This document shows, piece after piece, positions 25,321 to 36,122 of a stretch of DNA of 64,000 nt. The position numbers were made by a program, and so were the translations under genes. This DNA is from a virus. The notes below the pieces were generated by a model that was not told the origin of the DNA, ran no database searches, and saw only the letters and a list, made by a program, of their open reading frames with translations. Where the stretch lies: IMG/VR virus record IMGVR_UViG_3300025018_000143, positions 1 to 64,000 of that record. One strand, 5' to 3'. Position 1 is the stretch's first letter, and each line of letters opens with the position of its first letter.

Positions 25321-26045
25321 ATGAAAAAATTTCGTATTCCTTTAAACTTGTAATGATTATCAGCGCCACAATGAGTGCATTTCAAATCGAATTCATGCTG
25401 AATAGAAGGCACCGCATTAATGAAATCTGTGATTTTCTGAATGGACTTCGAGGCCATTGATTTGACAAAAAACACAACTTCCTCAGGATTCAATTCAGAC
25501 ACCTCGATAATATTATCACCATTCACTATCTGTTTTATCAATGATGCTATCATCCCGAATATATCATTATCGCCTTTTAGCTCTAATGATTCAAGTATAT
25601 CAAATCCAGGATATTTCATTATTAGAGATACTTTATCGCTCAATTCTATTATATGTGAATTTTTAATAACTACTGGTTTCTTGATATCAAAGATGTTTAT
25701 AACAGCTGGATTTGGTTTTTCGCACTCTTTACATTTCATAGTGATTTCAATCTCTTCACCAACAGACCTAGCTCTCAAAATTATCAAGAGATATTCTATA
25801 TCAAATGATGATAATGTTTCCACATCCAATTCACCAAAGGTACAACTTTTTATACATTCTTTTGTGCCTTCAATAATCAAATTGACATCATTAGAGGCTT
25901 TTGTTACAAGAAGAGCTTGCTCTTCTCCTGCGGAATATCCTCTGTATTTGAATTTTTTATTATTACTAGGTAATGTATCAGAGTAAATTGGCATTGTCAA
26001 CAAGCCATCCAATACGCCTTTTTTTGTTGTTTTATTCTCAATCAT
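25317..26045 (-). CDS. gp26: Baseplate hub assembly chaperone
   Basis: LPS....KYR.Y...EE..LL, FDIEYL...LRARSVGE, two CxxC, MKYP, ends GIRNFF. Confidence 0.85.
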   Translation of the reverse strand: MIENKTTKKGVLDGLLTMPIYSDTLPSNNKKFKYRGYSAGEEQALLVTKASNDVNLIIEGTKECIKSCTFGELDVETLSSFDIEYLLIILRARSVGEEIEITMKCKECEKPNPAVINIFDIKKPVVIKNSHIIELSDKVSLIMKYPGFDILESLELKGDNDIFGMIASLIKQIVNGDNIIEVSELNPEEVVFFVKSMASKSIQKITDFINAVPSIQHEFDLKCTHCGADNHYKFKGIRNFFI

Positions 26046-26063
26046 TATTCTCTCCTTAATAGA

Positions 26064-26564
26064 TTAACGTTTTTCAAAATGGTGATATGCCCATGTTACT
26101 GTAAATTCAGTTATCCTACCTCCTAGGTTATAGCCAAATTCAATCGGGCTTATTGATATAGGATACGCTTCAAAAAGTTCATATGATGCTTTTAAATTAT
26201 CTTGCTTATCTTCAACTTCTATTATAACTGAGCCGATAAAATCATGATAATATGCCATGTAGTAATCAGCCCCTGCTATAAGTTCTTGCCATGCATTGAA
26301 ATATTCATGTAAATTCATATCCGCAGTCATATAAAATGTTGTTGACACATCATCGTATAATTCTGCATAAGGAACTTTCCTTATAGGGCCATGATTATAT
26401 TTATCTACAGTGCTGAAGCCGCGACCCGGTAGTTGAACAGCACTACAAAGAACTGAGAAATCCTGCTTTAATGTTCCCGCAGGACCTGTTATCAGCACCT
26501 TGTATCTTGATGCATCCAATATTGGATTTTTTGCTATAACTGACTTGAATCCGCTTATATTCAT
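26064..26564 (-). CDS. Tail-tube-like baseplate protein (gp54-like)
   Basis: LC..VQLPGR, YF..WQ, L.EAYPISI, FTVTWAY: gp19-fold paralog. Confidence 0.7.
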   Translation of the reverse strand: MNISGFKSVIAKNPILDASRYKVLITGPAGTLKQDFSVLCSAVQLPGRGFSTVDKYNHGPIRKVPYAELYDDVSTTFYMTADMNLHEYFNAWQELIAGADYYMAYYHDFIGSVIIEVEDKQDNLKASYELFEAYPISISPIEFGYNLGGRITEFTVTWAYHHFEKR

Positions 26565-26576
26565 CTTGGCCTCTGC

Positions 26577-27158
26577 TTACTTCTGATATTTTATTTTAGA
26601 ATCATTCCAGACTTGAATTAATGATGCACCTTTGAAATTAGCAACAGGTAAATTAATAGCCACTGGCCATTGTTCTGGTCTTATAATCATTATTTTTGAT
26701 CTTATTTGATTCTTAAGATACAATTTAATACAAGGTTTGAAGTATCTAAATTTAGTCGCTTCTTGTAATATTTGATATGTAGCTTTAAACTTTGTTGATT
26801 TATTCATATGATCATTATTCACTGTATCCATTAAAGCCTTCATAAATACTATTCTCAATTTAGGAGGCAGATAATGTAAATTCAGTCCTTGTATATATTT
26901 ATTGGTTTCACCTATCACAATTACAAGAGGGAATTTATCCCAGTATGGCAATTTACCATCATATTTTGCTTTATATGCATAATAAATCATCCTGCCCTCT
27001 AATGGCAAATTACCACGATATCTAATATCACTCATATTGATACTTAAATCACTAGCACTCAAATTATTAATTTTATCTCTAAACCACATCTTTGCATTTT
27101 TAACTTCTTCTTTGCGGAAGATTGCAGTAGCGAAAGGATTACTTTTTGGGGCCATCAA
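26577..27158 (-). CDS. gp2: DNA end protector protein
   Basis: Y.AK....LPYWDKFPLV, GLNLHYLPP, KPCIK.YL. Confidence 0.9.
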   Translation of the reverse strand: MMAPKSNPFATAIFRKEEVKNAKMWFRDKINNLSASDLSINMSDIRYRGNLPLEGRMIYYAYKAKYDGKLPYWDKFPLVIVIGETNKYIQGLNLHYLPPKLRIVFMKALMDTVNNDHMNKSTKFKATYQILQEATKFRYFKPCIKLYLKNQIRSKIMIIRPEQWPVAINLPVANFKGASLIQVWNDSKIKYQK

Positions 27159-27705
27159 ATTTTCCTATTGTTTTTTTATATTTCGGAGCTTTCATTGCTG
27201 GGATTTTACTTATTTTCTTTTTAGACTGAATCATCTTGAATGGTTTTGATGTTACTGTTGGTATTCCCATTGCATTCAATTCTTTTTCAGTCCATATCAA
27301 GAATTTCGCATTTATTTTGTCAGCGTATCTTGTTGCTGCTTCCCATTTACTTGTATTTGTCGTATATGTAATGACTTCATTAAGTAGCCGTTTTTTTGAT
27401 TTCTTAGGACCTTGCTCTGGTGCTTGTGTTTGAATCCAAGGTTTAACCTCAATCAAATATTCTTTTTTATCAGAAGTCTTAATATAGAAGTCAATGTAAT
27501 ATCTATGTTGTTTCCCGTCAACTTTATTTATATAAGGTACTATTACTTCCTCAGAGCCCCATGCAATAACTTTTGCTGAATTATCACACCATATCATTAC
27601 TCCTCTTTCCCAGCTACTTCTTGATATTATATTATCCAGTCTATTTTTATTGATATATTTTTGTGGATTTTTTACTCTGTATATTGATTTGAAAGCTCTT
27701 GACAT
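27139..27705 (-). CDS. gp4: Head completion nuclease
   Basis: KNPQKY, RSSWE, W.SEEVIVPY, HRYYIDF, IEVKP, N..KW.AA; start re-set to MSRAFK. Confidence 0.9.
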   Translation of the reverse strand: MSRAFKSIYRVKNPQKYINKNRLDNIISRSSWERGVMIWCDNSAKVIAWGSEEVIVPYINKVDGKQHRYYIDFYIKTSDKKEYLIEVKPWIQTQAPEQGPKKSKKRLLNEVITYTTNTSKWEAATRYADKINAKFLIWTEKELNAMGIPTVTSKPFKMIQSKKKISKIPAMKAPKYKKTIGKFDGPKK

Positions 27706-27722
27706 AATATTCCTTAAGGTTA

Positions 27723-27754
27723 TATAAATAGAAACAAACATACATATATTTATA
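27723..27754. promoter_or_regulatory. Pair of oppositely oriented late promoters serving gp48 (+) and gp4 (-)
   Basis: TATAAATA at 27723 (+) and at 27747-27754 (-). Confidence 0.75.
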
Positions 27755-27766
27755 TAAGAGGATACT

Positions 27767-28525
27767 ATGTCAAGAATTGATCTTTTATTAACACAAAGCC
27801 CAAATAGAGTACCTAAACGTCTGGGTGATATAGGTGCACTAGCACCATACGTGCATTTTCTCTGTGCTGAAGAGAGTGCCATATTACCAATGCCCACAAA
27901 TGTCACATCAGGAAATCAAATATTATGGGAACAAAAAGACTTTACTCCTGATTCCATAGGTGGAGCTGCTGCTATTTCTGCTTATAAAAAATCTGGTGAA
28001 ACAGGAGCACTAGAGGCACTAGGTTCTGGAGGAGCTGGAGTTATAGCAGGGAGAGCAAAAGATGCTGCATCCAGCGTTGGTTCTAGCGTATTAGGAGCTT
28101 CGGATCTTGGTGATTATGTTCTGCACAAACAAAATAAGGCAGTAAATCCTAATAAAGAAATGACATTCAATGGTATTGGATATAGATCATTTCAATTTGA
28201 ATTTGAACTAATACCTCTGAATCAAAAAGAGGCAGCTGCAATTAAACAATTCATTGAATTCTTCCAGACACAAGCAATGCCAGATTTCGCGGGTGAAGGA
28301 AGCACTTACTTTGCCTACCCTTCAGCATGGGATATAAAATTCGGAAATGCTGAATGGCTACCGAAAATTCTTCCTGCTTATTTAACTGATTATAGTGTGA
28401 ATTACGGAGGAGTAGGAAAGATGGTTGCTCATAAAGACAGCGCAGTTCAAACCAATATACAATTGACCTTTACTGAATCACAACTCCATACAAAAGCAAA
28501 AGTAAAAGAAGGCTATGTAGGATAG
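27767..28525 (+). CDS. gp48: Baseplate tail tube cap
   Basis: NPNKEMTFNGIGYRSFQFEFELIP.N..EA..I..F; synteny. Confidence 0.8.
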   Translation: MSRIDLLLTQSPNRVPKRLGDIGALAPYVHFLCAEESAILPMPTNVTSGNQILWEQKDFTPDSIGGAAAISAYKKSGETGALEALGSGGAGVIAGRAKDAASSVGSSVLGASDLGDYVLHKQNKAVNPNKEMTFNGIGYRSFQFEFELIPLNQKEAAAIKQFIEFFQTQAMPDFAGEGSTYFAYPSAWDIKFGNAEWLPKILPAYLTDYSVNYGGVGKMVAHKDSAVQTNIQLTFTESQLHTKAKVKEGYVG

Positions 28526-28527
28526 AT

Positions 28528-29091
28528 ATGGCAACTATATTTGAAAAAAGAAATTTCTATTTCAGAGGATTTAATAAGATACCATACACTCTTGACAATG
28601 AAACCCTAGCGGTATTGGACTTTATCCATCGTTGGAAGATTGTTGATGAAGTTAAAAAGAATGCCTCTGTATATTCTCTCTGGAATATTAGAGATGTTGA
28701 TACCTTATTAAATATATCCAAAAAATTATATAAATCAGAGCATTATTATTGGGTAATTATGATGATGAATGACATGATGGATCCATTCTTTGATTGGCCA
28801 TTAAATGAAGGTGATTTGCGCAAATATATTATATCTGTGTATGGTGTTGAAAATATTTACAGCATTCATCATTATGAATCAGAATATGATGCCAATATAT
28901 ACGCATTGCCTGCAGGTCATGAAGTTTCAGATGATTATGCTTACAATAAATTAGCCATCAGTAATTACGATTATGAATCGGATTTAAATGAAGCTAAACG
29001 CTCAATTAGATTATTACAACCAGAATATCTTGATATGGTTAAGAAAGAACGTGAAGCTATATTATCTTCTAATTTTTCAAGAGGTATATAA
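28528..29091 (+). CDS. gp53: Baseplate wedge subunit
   Basis: YYWVIMMMND..DPFFDWPL, IHHYE, YE...NEAKRSI.LL. Confidence 0.88.
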   Translation: MATIFEKRNFYFRGFNKIPYTLDNETLAVLDFIHRWKIVDEVKKNASVYSLWNIRDVDTLLNISKKLYKSEHYYWVIMMMNDMMDPFFDWPLNEGDLRKYIISVYGVENIYSIHHYESEYDANIYALPAGHEVSDDYAYNKLAISNYDYESDLNEAKRSIRLLQPEYLDMVKKEREAILSSNFSRGI

Positions 29092-30545
29092 TGGCGTATA
29101 GAAAAAATGACATTACTATAGCACCATTTGGGTATGATATAAAATCATTACTTCTTATTTCAGAAGATGCTGAAATAGATTTGACTTATCTAATGATAGA
29201 GCTTAATATCAATGAAAGCATGTTTTCAACTTGTATTGTTGGCAGCATAGTAATTGTTGATTCTCTTAACTTAGTAACAAATCTACCTATAATGGAAGGT
29301 GATCTTATTAAAGGTCATTTTGTCCGTAATGAAAATGATCCTTATGTTCAAGAATATGACCCTGAAGATTTAAAATTCACATTTGAAATCATAAAAATCC
29401 TAAGACAAGAAAAAACAAAACAGGATCAACAAACAGTTGCGTTATCATTTGTCTCAAGTACATGGACTGACCATTTATCTTCCCGTGTATCAAAAAGTTA
29501 TAATCAAATGCCATATTCATCTATGGTTAAGGATATATACGATAATTGGTTATCAAAGGGTGGATTAAGAGGTGAATTGCCAGTTAAACCAATTGAAGTA
29601 GGCGTTTCAGACAGATTATGGAATATTGTTATACCTAATCTAAAGCCATATAATGCGATAAATTTTCTTTCAAGAAGAGCTTTTTCAGGTGATTCTGTGA
29701 ATTTCTTATTTTGGGAAGATAAGGACAAATTTAATTTCAAATCATTCTCTGAAATAATGGCTGCTGATCCAGTAGCTGAATATGTTACTGCTATAGGCGA
29801 AGAGGTAGCAGATACAATGGGCGAGCCAAAACCAGAATTCTTGAAATCACAGTATCTAAATGTTATGTCCATGAAGAGAGTAGGATATCATGATTTATCC
29901 GCAGCTGCTATGTCTGGCATGATGTCAAACAGATTAATACGCCATGACATATTTCATAAAAGAGTAATTGATTATCATCCTACTGGAGATAGTGCAGGGA
30001 ATTATTCTCTTGATAAACAATATGATTATTATTCTGATTTTGGTAAATTACCTCACACAGACAATCAATCAAAATTAGTAAGAGAATACACAAATAAGAA
30101 GATGGCTACTGATGGGGGAAATACAATTATCAGTATATGCCCTGAACATTCATGGCAATATGATAATCAAGAATCATTTGAAGTAAATAATTGGGTTAGA
30201 CAACGTAAAGGTCAATTAGCTCAATTAAATTTTGTGAAAATGCAGATGACAATTCCAGGAAGCATGACAAGAAAAATAGGCGACAAGATAAAAATAAAAA
30301 TGTGGTCACCAGAATGGAAACTAAAAACTCCTTCTGATGAATCACCATCGAAAGATTCAAGATTCGCAGGGCATTATATTATAACTGCAATTAGAAGAAA
30401 ATTCTCTGGTGATCATTTTTCTTGTATATTGGAAGTAATTAGAGATGATTATGCTAAATTAGAATCGAATCCATTATGGGAAGAGGCTGGTGCTCCCGGG
30501 AGCGGAAGCAGAGAAAGTGTACCTGGTGGAAGAGGAGGCGTGTAA
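29091..30545 (+). CDS. Baseplate hub protein (gp27-like)
   Basis: INESMF....G.I.I.DS, FLFWE, G.YIIT.IR; position between gp53 and gp5. Confidence 0.7.
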   Translation: MAYRKNDITIAPFGYDIKSLLLISEDAEIDLTYLMIELNINESMFSTCIVGSIVIVDSLNLVTNLPIMEGDLIKGHFVRNENDPYVQEYDPEDLKFTFEIIKILRQEKTKQDQQTVALSFVSSTWTDHLSSRVSKSYNQMPYSSMVKDIYDNWLSKGGLRGELPVKPIEVGVSDRLWNIVIPNLKPYNAINFLSRRAFSGDSVNFLFWEDKDKFNFKSFSEIMAADPVAEYVTAIGEEVADTMGEPKPEFLKSQYLNVMSMKRVGYHDLSAAAMSGMMSNRLIRHDIFHKRVIDYHPTGDSAGNYSLDKQYDYYSDFGKLPHTDNQSKLVREYTNKKMATDGGNTIISICPEHSWQYDNQESFEVNNWVRQRKGQLAQLNFVKMQMTIPGSMTRKIGDKIKIKMWSPEWKLKTPSDESPSKDSRFAGHYIITAIRRKFSGDHFSCILEVIRDDYAKLESNPLWEEAGAPGSGSRESVPGGRGGV

Positions 30546-31909
30546 TGGATTCATCAAATTCAGTAAAAAATGTAATGGGCATGGATGGCTTTTATTGGTT
30601 CATGGGTGTTGTAGAATCCACTGCTGATCCTGAGAAGCTAGGCAGAGTTCAGGTACGAGTGCTCGGCGATCATACACAAACAAAATCGGATATCCCTACT
30701 GCTGATTTACCATGGGCAATGCCCATGATGCCAGTTACTACTGCATCAATGAATGGTATTGGAGAAGCGCCAATTGGTCTTCTTAATGGATCGTGGGTGA
30801 TGGGATTTTATCGTGATGGTATAGATAAACAGCAACCAATTATAATGGGTTCAATAGGAGGAATTCCTATTGATGTGAGTACTCCAGGAGTTGGGTTCAA
30901 TGATCCTGATGGGTGTTTTCCTCAGGATTCTAAATTAAATGAGCCTGACACAAATAGACATGCAAGAGGTATTTCAGGTAAACATGTTAAAGAGCCTGTG
31001 CCAGTAACAATAAGAAAGGCAAATGTGCTTAAAAATGTTGCTACTGCTTATAGTCAATGGTCTGAACCTGAAACGCCATATGCTCCTATATATCCATACA
31101 ATTATTCATGGGAAGGTGTATATAATCCTTCATGCGATGGTTGCGAATGGGGACATATTGAAGAATGGGACAGCACACCTGGTTCAGAAAGATATTTTAG
31201 ACAGCACAAATCCTCTCAAAATTTTTTAGAAATACACCCAGACGGTAAAGAAATTAGAAAGATATATGGTGATGGGTTTGAAATTGATTTAGCTAATAAG
31301 CATCTATATGTTGAAGGTGATTACCGTGTAACTGTCAATGGAAACAAAGATGAACATATTAAAGGTAATTATTGGCAGCATGTGGAAGGAAATATGATTA
31401 GAGTTGTTGATGGCGACAAATCAACAATAACCAGAGGCAATGATGCTATGACCTCTTATTCTAATACCGTTCGTAGGTCATCAGGAAGCATCATAGACGC
31501 AACACAAAATAATCATGTACGATTGGCTAATAACACCATAAATGATTCAGCAGGGTCTAAAATAACAGCATTGGCGGGGTCAGAAACAACATACGGTGTA
31601 GGATCCTATTCTCCTGTATCAATAAGCACAGTAACAGCCAGCTCAGTATCTTCAGATGGATATAACAGTGTTGTATTATCATGCTTCGAAGCCAATGGGG
31701 GAAAGGGGAGTGTATCTGGTACTATTATTTCTAGTGTCCCAGGGTTCGGCTCTTCAGCTAATAGCACAGCCAACACACAAATCAAAATAGTACCCTCAAG
31801 AATATACATCGATGGTATTGCTATCTGTAAAAAATTAGTTACTACGAGCTTTAAAGCTCCTCGAGGAAATATTACTTCATCAGTGTCAATATCTACTGAA
31901 ACACCATAA
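30545..31909 (+). CDS. gp5: Baseplate central spike (gp5-like, without lysozyme domain)
   Basis: WFMGVVE...DP..LGRVQVRV.G.H, LPWA, YPYN, GHIEEWD.TPG.ER, beta-helix V.G repeats; start re-set to MDSSN. Confidence 0.88.
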   Translation: MDSSNSVKNVMGMDGFYWFMGVVESTADPEKLGRVQVRVLGDHTQTKSDIPTADLPWAMPMMPVTTASMNGIGEAPIGLLNGSWVMGFYRDGIDKQQPIIMGSIGGIPIDVSTPGVGFNDPDGCFPQDSKLNEPDTNRHARGISGKHVKEPVPVTIRKANVLKNVATAYSQWSEPETPYAPIYPYNYSWEGVYNPSCDGCEWGHIEEWDSTPGSERYFRQHKSSQNFLEIHPDGKEIRKIYGDGFEIDLANKHLYVEGDYRVTVNGNKDEHIKGNYWQHVEGNMIRVVDGDKSTITRGNDAMTSYSNTVRRSSGSIIDATQNNHVRLANNTINDSAGSKITALAGSETTYGVGSYSPVSISTVTASSVSSDGYNSVVLSCFEANGGKGSVSGTIISSVPGFGSSANSTANTQIKIVPSRIYIDGIAICKKLVTTSFKAPRGNITSSVSISTETP

Positions 31910-31921
31910 TAAAGGAATACA

Positions 31922-32341
31922 ATGACTTTAAAATATAATTACACTGAACCAAATCCATCAAGAATATACAGTGATGTTAATATATCACTGACTCCACATC
32001 CTATATCATTGGATTTCTCAAGGAAAACTGGAGATAATGCTATCAAGCAGGCATTAAGAAATCTTATATTGCTTAATAGAGGTGAAAAGCCTTTTCATCC
32101 TGAAATAGGCGGTGGTATATATGATATGTTATTTGAGAATTATGATCTCCCTGGAGGAACTGATACCTTAAGATACACAATAGCTAGTTTAATTCATAAA
32201 TACGAGCCTAGAGTTGAATTAACCAGGATTGATATAGATGCTAATCCTAATAGCAATTCATTATCTATAAATATATATTATATAATTCTTAATACATTAA
32301 TTCCAAGTAATGTAGAGATATTCCTCAAGACAATTAGATAG
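31922..32341 (+). CDS. gp25: Baseplate wedge subunit
   Basis: YSD, AIKQALRNLI...GEKPFHPEIG, YEPRV. Confidence 0.92.
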   Translation: MTLKYNYTEPNPSRIYSDVNISLTPHPISLDFSRKTGDNAIKQALRNLILLNRGEKPFHPEIGGGIYDMLFENYDLPGGTDTLRYTIASLIHKYEPRVELTRIDIDANPNSNSLSINIYYIILNTLIPSNVEIFLKTIR

Positions 32342-32349
32342 GTTACCAT

Positions 32350-34158
32350 ATGGCATCAAATAAATCCGAAATAAATGTAGCTGAGTTAGATTTTGATTTA
32401 ATAAAGCAAGAATTAATAGATTATTTCAAATCGGATCCTACATTCCAGGATTATGAATTTGAAGGATCTGCGATTAATATTCTTATGGATATATTAGCGT
32501 ATAATACCCATATGAATGCAGTTATTGCAAACATGTCCGCTAATGAAATGTTTATTGATTCAGCACAACTTCGGTCTTCTGTTGTGTCGATTGCTAAATC
32601 CATTGGGTATACTCCAAGGAGCAAAAGAACAGCAAGAGCGGATATTGACTTATATTTTCCTGCAGTAACTGGCAGTCCATTGTTCCTTACAATGCCAGCT
32701 GGTACAAGATTTATAACCGCAGAAAATATAATTTTTTCAACAAAAGAGCAACATCTAATATATCCTAAACCAGATGGATTAGTAAGTGAATATTTAATAG
32801 AGGATGTTGATATATATGAAGGAGTGTATAATACCTTCTCATATACTTTTGACGTTAATGCAGAGCAAAGATTTATAATCCCTTCAAATGATGCTGATAT
32901 ATCCTCCCTTACTGTTTCTGTAACATCAAATAATGAGGTTACAGAATACGCTAGGAATGAAAATATTTCTACAGTTACGCCTGATTCTTTGACATACTTT
33001 TTACATGAAAGAGCTGACGGAAGATATGAAGTAAAATTCGGTGATAACATAATAGGGAAGCAACCAATAAATAATAGTACAATAAATCTTTCTTATATTA
33101 TTTCATTGAAAGGTGAAGAGGCAAATAATTCCAAGATATTCAAAAAGCAACAATTGATTGACAATAATAATAATTACACGATAACAACAAAAACTGTTGC
33201 ATATGGTGCAGCTGATAGAGAATCAATAGAATCGATCAAGCAAAAAGCCCCAAATATGTACACTTCTCAATCAAGAGCAGTAACAACAACTGATTATGAA
33301 AATTTTCTGTTAAAAGAATATCCATGGATTGATTCAATGAGAGTGTGGGGTGGTGAATACAATTCACCACCGATATATGGAAAAGTCTTTATAGCTCTAA
33401 AACCAAAACATACTGATTTTCTTTCAGAGACCCTTAAGGATTCCATTAAAAATGATTTGATTAAAAAATATAATGTAGTTACTGTAATGCCAGAAATTAT
33501 GAGTCCTGATTATTTGTATGCAGTTGTAGTTTCTAATGTAACATACGATGTGAGCAAAACTAGTCTTAAAGCTAATGAGCTTGTCGTTCTGGTAAATCAA
33601 AGCATAGCAACATATTTCAATGAGAATACCAGATTATTCAGCAAGCCATTATATTACTCAAAATTATCAACTGCAATAGATAATACATCAGTTGCAATAG
33701 TGAATTCCAATACCAGTTTTCAATTGATGAAGAAAACATTCCCAGTGCTTGGTTTGTACGAAACAAAGGAAATTAAATTTTCCAATGCGATAGTACCTGG
33801 ATCTTTATTTTCATCTTATTATAACATAACTGGTACTGAAGGCGCAAGAGTAAAACAAGTAATATTGGATAATTCAGAAGGTGTGCTATTCACAAGAAGT
33901 GTATTGACTAATGAAATCATTCATAGCAATATAGGCTCAATTGATTATACAACAGGCGATGTCTATTACTCAATGACAGTTTATGATTTGCCACAAGACA
34001 CATTGGATTTGAGGTTTTATTGTACTGCTGTTAATAATGATATTATTCCTGGATATAACCAAATTATTCTTCTTGATGAAACGCCATTGGCAATCAATTA
34101 TAGAAGACTTCAGGGCGTTACTGTCAATATGTATGCTCAAAATAAGGATATAAAATAA
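32350..34158 (+). CDS. gp6: Baseplate wedge subunit
   Basis: LDFD.IK, DYEFEGS, LAYNTH, RAVT..DY, WGGE...PP.YGKVFI. Confidence 0.93.
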   Translation: MASNKSEINVAELDFDLIKQELIDYFKSDPTFQDYEFEGSAINILMDILAYNTHMNAVIANMSANEMFIDSAQLRSSVVSIAKSIGYTPRSKRTARADIDLYFPAVTGSPLFLTMPAGTRFITAENIIFSTKEQHLIYPKPDGLVSEYLIEDVDIYEGVYNTFSYTFDVNAEQRFIIPSNDADISSLTVSVTSNNEVTEYARNENISTVTPDSLTYFLHERADGRYEVKFGDNIIGKQPINNSTINLSYIISLKGEEANNSKIFKKQQLIDNNNNYTITTKTVAYGAADRESIESIKQKAPNMYTSQSRAVTTTDYENFLLKEYPWIDSMRVWGGEYNSPPIYGKVFIALKPKHTDFLSETLKDSIKNDLIKKYNVVTVMPEIMSPDYLYAVVVSNVTYDVSKTSLKANELVVLVNQSIATYFNENTRLFSKPLYYSKLSTAIDNTSVAIVNSNTSFQLMKKTFPVLGLYETKEIKFSNAIVPGSLFSSYYNITGTEGARVKQVILDNSEGVLFTRSVLTNEIIHSNIGSIDYTTGDVYYSMTVYDLPQDTLDLRFYCTAVNNDIIPGYNQIILLDETPLAINYRRLQGVTVNMYAQNKDIK

Positions 34159-34160
34159 TC

Positions 34161-36116
34161 ATGTCCAATAAATTCAGATCAACTTTAATAGAAAATAATA
34201 TACCTTCGTTTATTAGACAGGATTATCCCAATTTTGTCGAATTTATTAAAGTTTATTATTCCCAACAAGATAATGAGGGAGAAGCATATGAATTTATTGG
34301 GAATATATTAAAATATTCTGACATAGACCTCACATCATTAGAATTTCTTGATAATTTTGCAAGGAATTTTATATATACTCTTAAGGATAATATTGATATT
34401 TCCATAGACAAAAGAAATTTGATATCAAATATCAAACAATTCTATGGATCGGGAGGTTCTGAAAAGTCCATTCAATTTATCTTCAGGGTATTGTTTAATG
34501 AAGAAGTAAATTTATATTATCCTTCAAATGATGTCCTGCGAGTTTCTGATGGTAAGTGGTCTAAAAATAATATTATAAAAATATCAAATAACAGAGATAA
34601 CGGATTAATTGTAGGCCTTGAAGGGACAGAAATATTAGGAGCACTGAGTGGTGCAATTGCTCTTGTTGAATCAGTAACATTATATACAGCATCGAATGGT
34701 TTCCATGTAGCTGAATGTGCTGTGTCCACTATAAATCCTGTCAATAGCCCATCATCATTCATCGTTGGGGAAACAATTACTGGTACAACTATCGACGGCA
34801 TCACCAGTATCTCTGAAAAAATTTATAGTATTATAACTGACATTTCACTAGATGTTAATGCATTATACAACAAAAAAAGTGATGTAATCACTGTGACGAG
34901 CAATGTTGGTGTTGATTCGTATATAACAATAGATGAAATTGAAAGCGGTTCTATTGATGATTTAGAGATAATACAAGCAGGCACTGGCTATTCAGTAAAT
35001 GATATAATCCTATTCCCTAGCACCTCAGGCAGAAATGCAAAGGCTATTGTTGAAAGTGTTGATGGAATAGATGGAAGTATAACAGGTATCAAAATGATTT
35101 CTGAAGGATATGGATATCAAGAAATGCCTTTAATTGATATCAGATCCACTGGCACTGGAGCAATCTTATATCCTGTTTCAACAAGCATAGGAAAAATTAA
35201 AAGAATAGGTATTATTGACCATGGTGTCAATTATCTCGGTTCTGAATTTGCTGGATTCCCTTATACATTCCCTATCAATTTTATATTTGTTGAGGCAAAA
35301 ACCTCATTCAATACAAATGCCTTTATATATGATTTTGCATGGAATGAAATAGAGTACCTAATCAATGAAACAGTAGAAGGATCCATATCTGGTGCACAAG
35401 GTATAATCAAGCATTATAACCGAAGCACAAATTCAATATCATTCAAAATAACCAATGATATTGAATTTATTGAAGGTGATAATCTAATAGGTATTTCTTC
35501 AGGTGCTTCTGGGTTTTATATTCACAAGATATTTCAGACAGCAGGAAATATAGTACCAGGAGCATTAGGAACATTACAAGGCATATATAGAAATACTGAT
35601 GGTTATGTCTCTGGTAATAAATACATTCAAGATTCATATTATTACCAAGATTTCTCTTATGTAATAACCACTCTGAAAAATAAGAGTGAATGGATATCCT
35701 CTATCAATGATCTTGTTCATCCTTCAGGGACTATAGTATTTGGTTTTGGTCTTGAGGAAGGAGATGTTTCTAGTTTCTCATATGGTGGCTTTATAAGTCC
35801 TACATTAAATAATGTGGAATTTTATAAATATAATTGGCAAGAGCATTTATCAGATACATTAACGTGGACTGATTTTGGCGATACACAAATATCAGCCTTT
35901 GCAGATATTGTTATATACAAAGCTAGCTATATTGATGTGGATTCATATGAATCAGGCGAAGAATTATATGGGATTGATGACATAAATACAATTAGAAAAA
36001 CAAATATATGCTTTGGTTCAAAAATAGCATATGAATTCGCTGATATAGGTCAGAGTGTATTTATAGATGAATTGAACCAATTATTAATTGACACTGAAAA
36101 TATTTTACTCTTATAG
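34161..36116 (+). CDS. Baseplate wedge initiator (gp7-like)
   Basis: IP.FI..DYPNFVEFIK.YY, GSEKSI.F.FRVLFNE, IQDSYYYQDFSYVI, VHPSG. Confidence 0.75.
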   Translation: MSNKFRSTLIENNIPSFIRQDYPNFVEFIKVYYSQQDNEGEAYEFIGNILKYSDIDLTSLEFLDNFARNFIYTLKDNIDISIDKRNLISNIKQFYGSGGSEKSIQFIFRVLFNEEVNLYYPSNDVLRVSDGKWSKNNIIKISNNRDNGLIVGLEGTEILGALSGAIALVESVTLYTASNGFHVAECAVSTINPVNSPSSFIVGETITGTTIDGITSISEKIYSIITDISLDVNALYNKKSDVITVTSNVGVDSYITIDEIESGSIDDLEIIQAGTGYSVNDIILFPSTSGRNAKAIVESVDGIDGSITGIKMISEGYGYQEMPLIDIRSTGTGAILYPVSTSIGKIKRIGIIDHGVNYLGSEFAGFPYTFPINFIFVEAKTSFNTNAFIYDFAWNEIEYLINETVEGSISGAQGIIKHYNRSTNSISFKITNDIEFIEGDNLIGISSGASGFYIHKIFQTAGNIVPGALGTLQGIYRNTDGYVSGNKYIQDSYYYQDFSYVITTLKNKSEWISSINDLVHPSGTIVFGFGLEEGDVSSFSYGGFISPTLNNVEFYKYNWQEHLSDTLTWTDFGDTQISAFADIVIYKASYIDVDSYESGEELYGIDDINTIRKTNICFGSKIAYEFADIGQSVFIDELNQLLIDTENILLL

Positions 36117-36122
36117 GAAGAT

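Noticed and set aside
27706-27906. N-terminal extension of gp4 in the ORF track
   Set aside because: Overlaps gp48 and the late promoters; homology and RBS start at MSRAFK (27705)
30545-31909. gp5 without lysozyme as a novelty
   Set aside because: Common in non-enteric T4-like phages; a lysozyme domain is present on the tape measure protein instead
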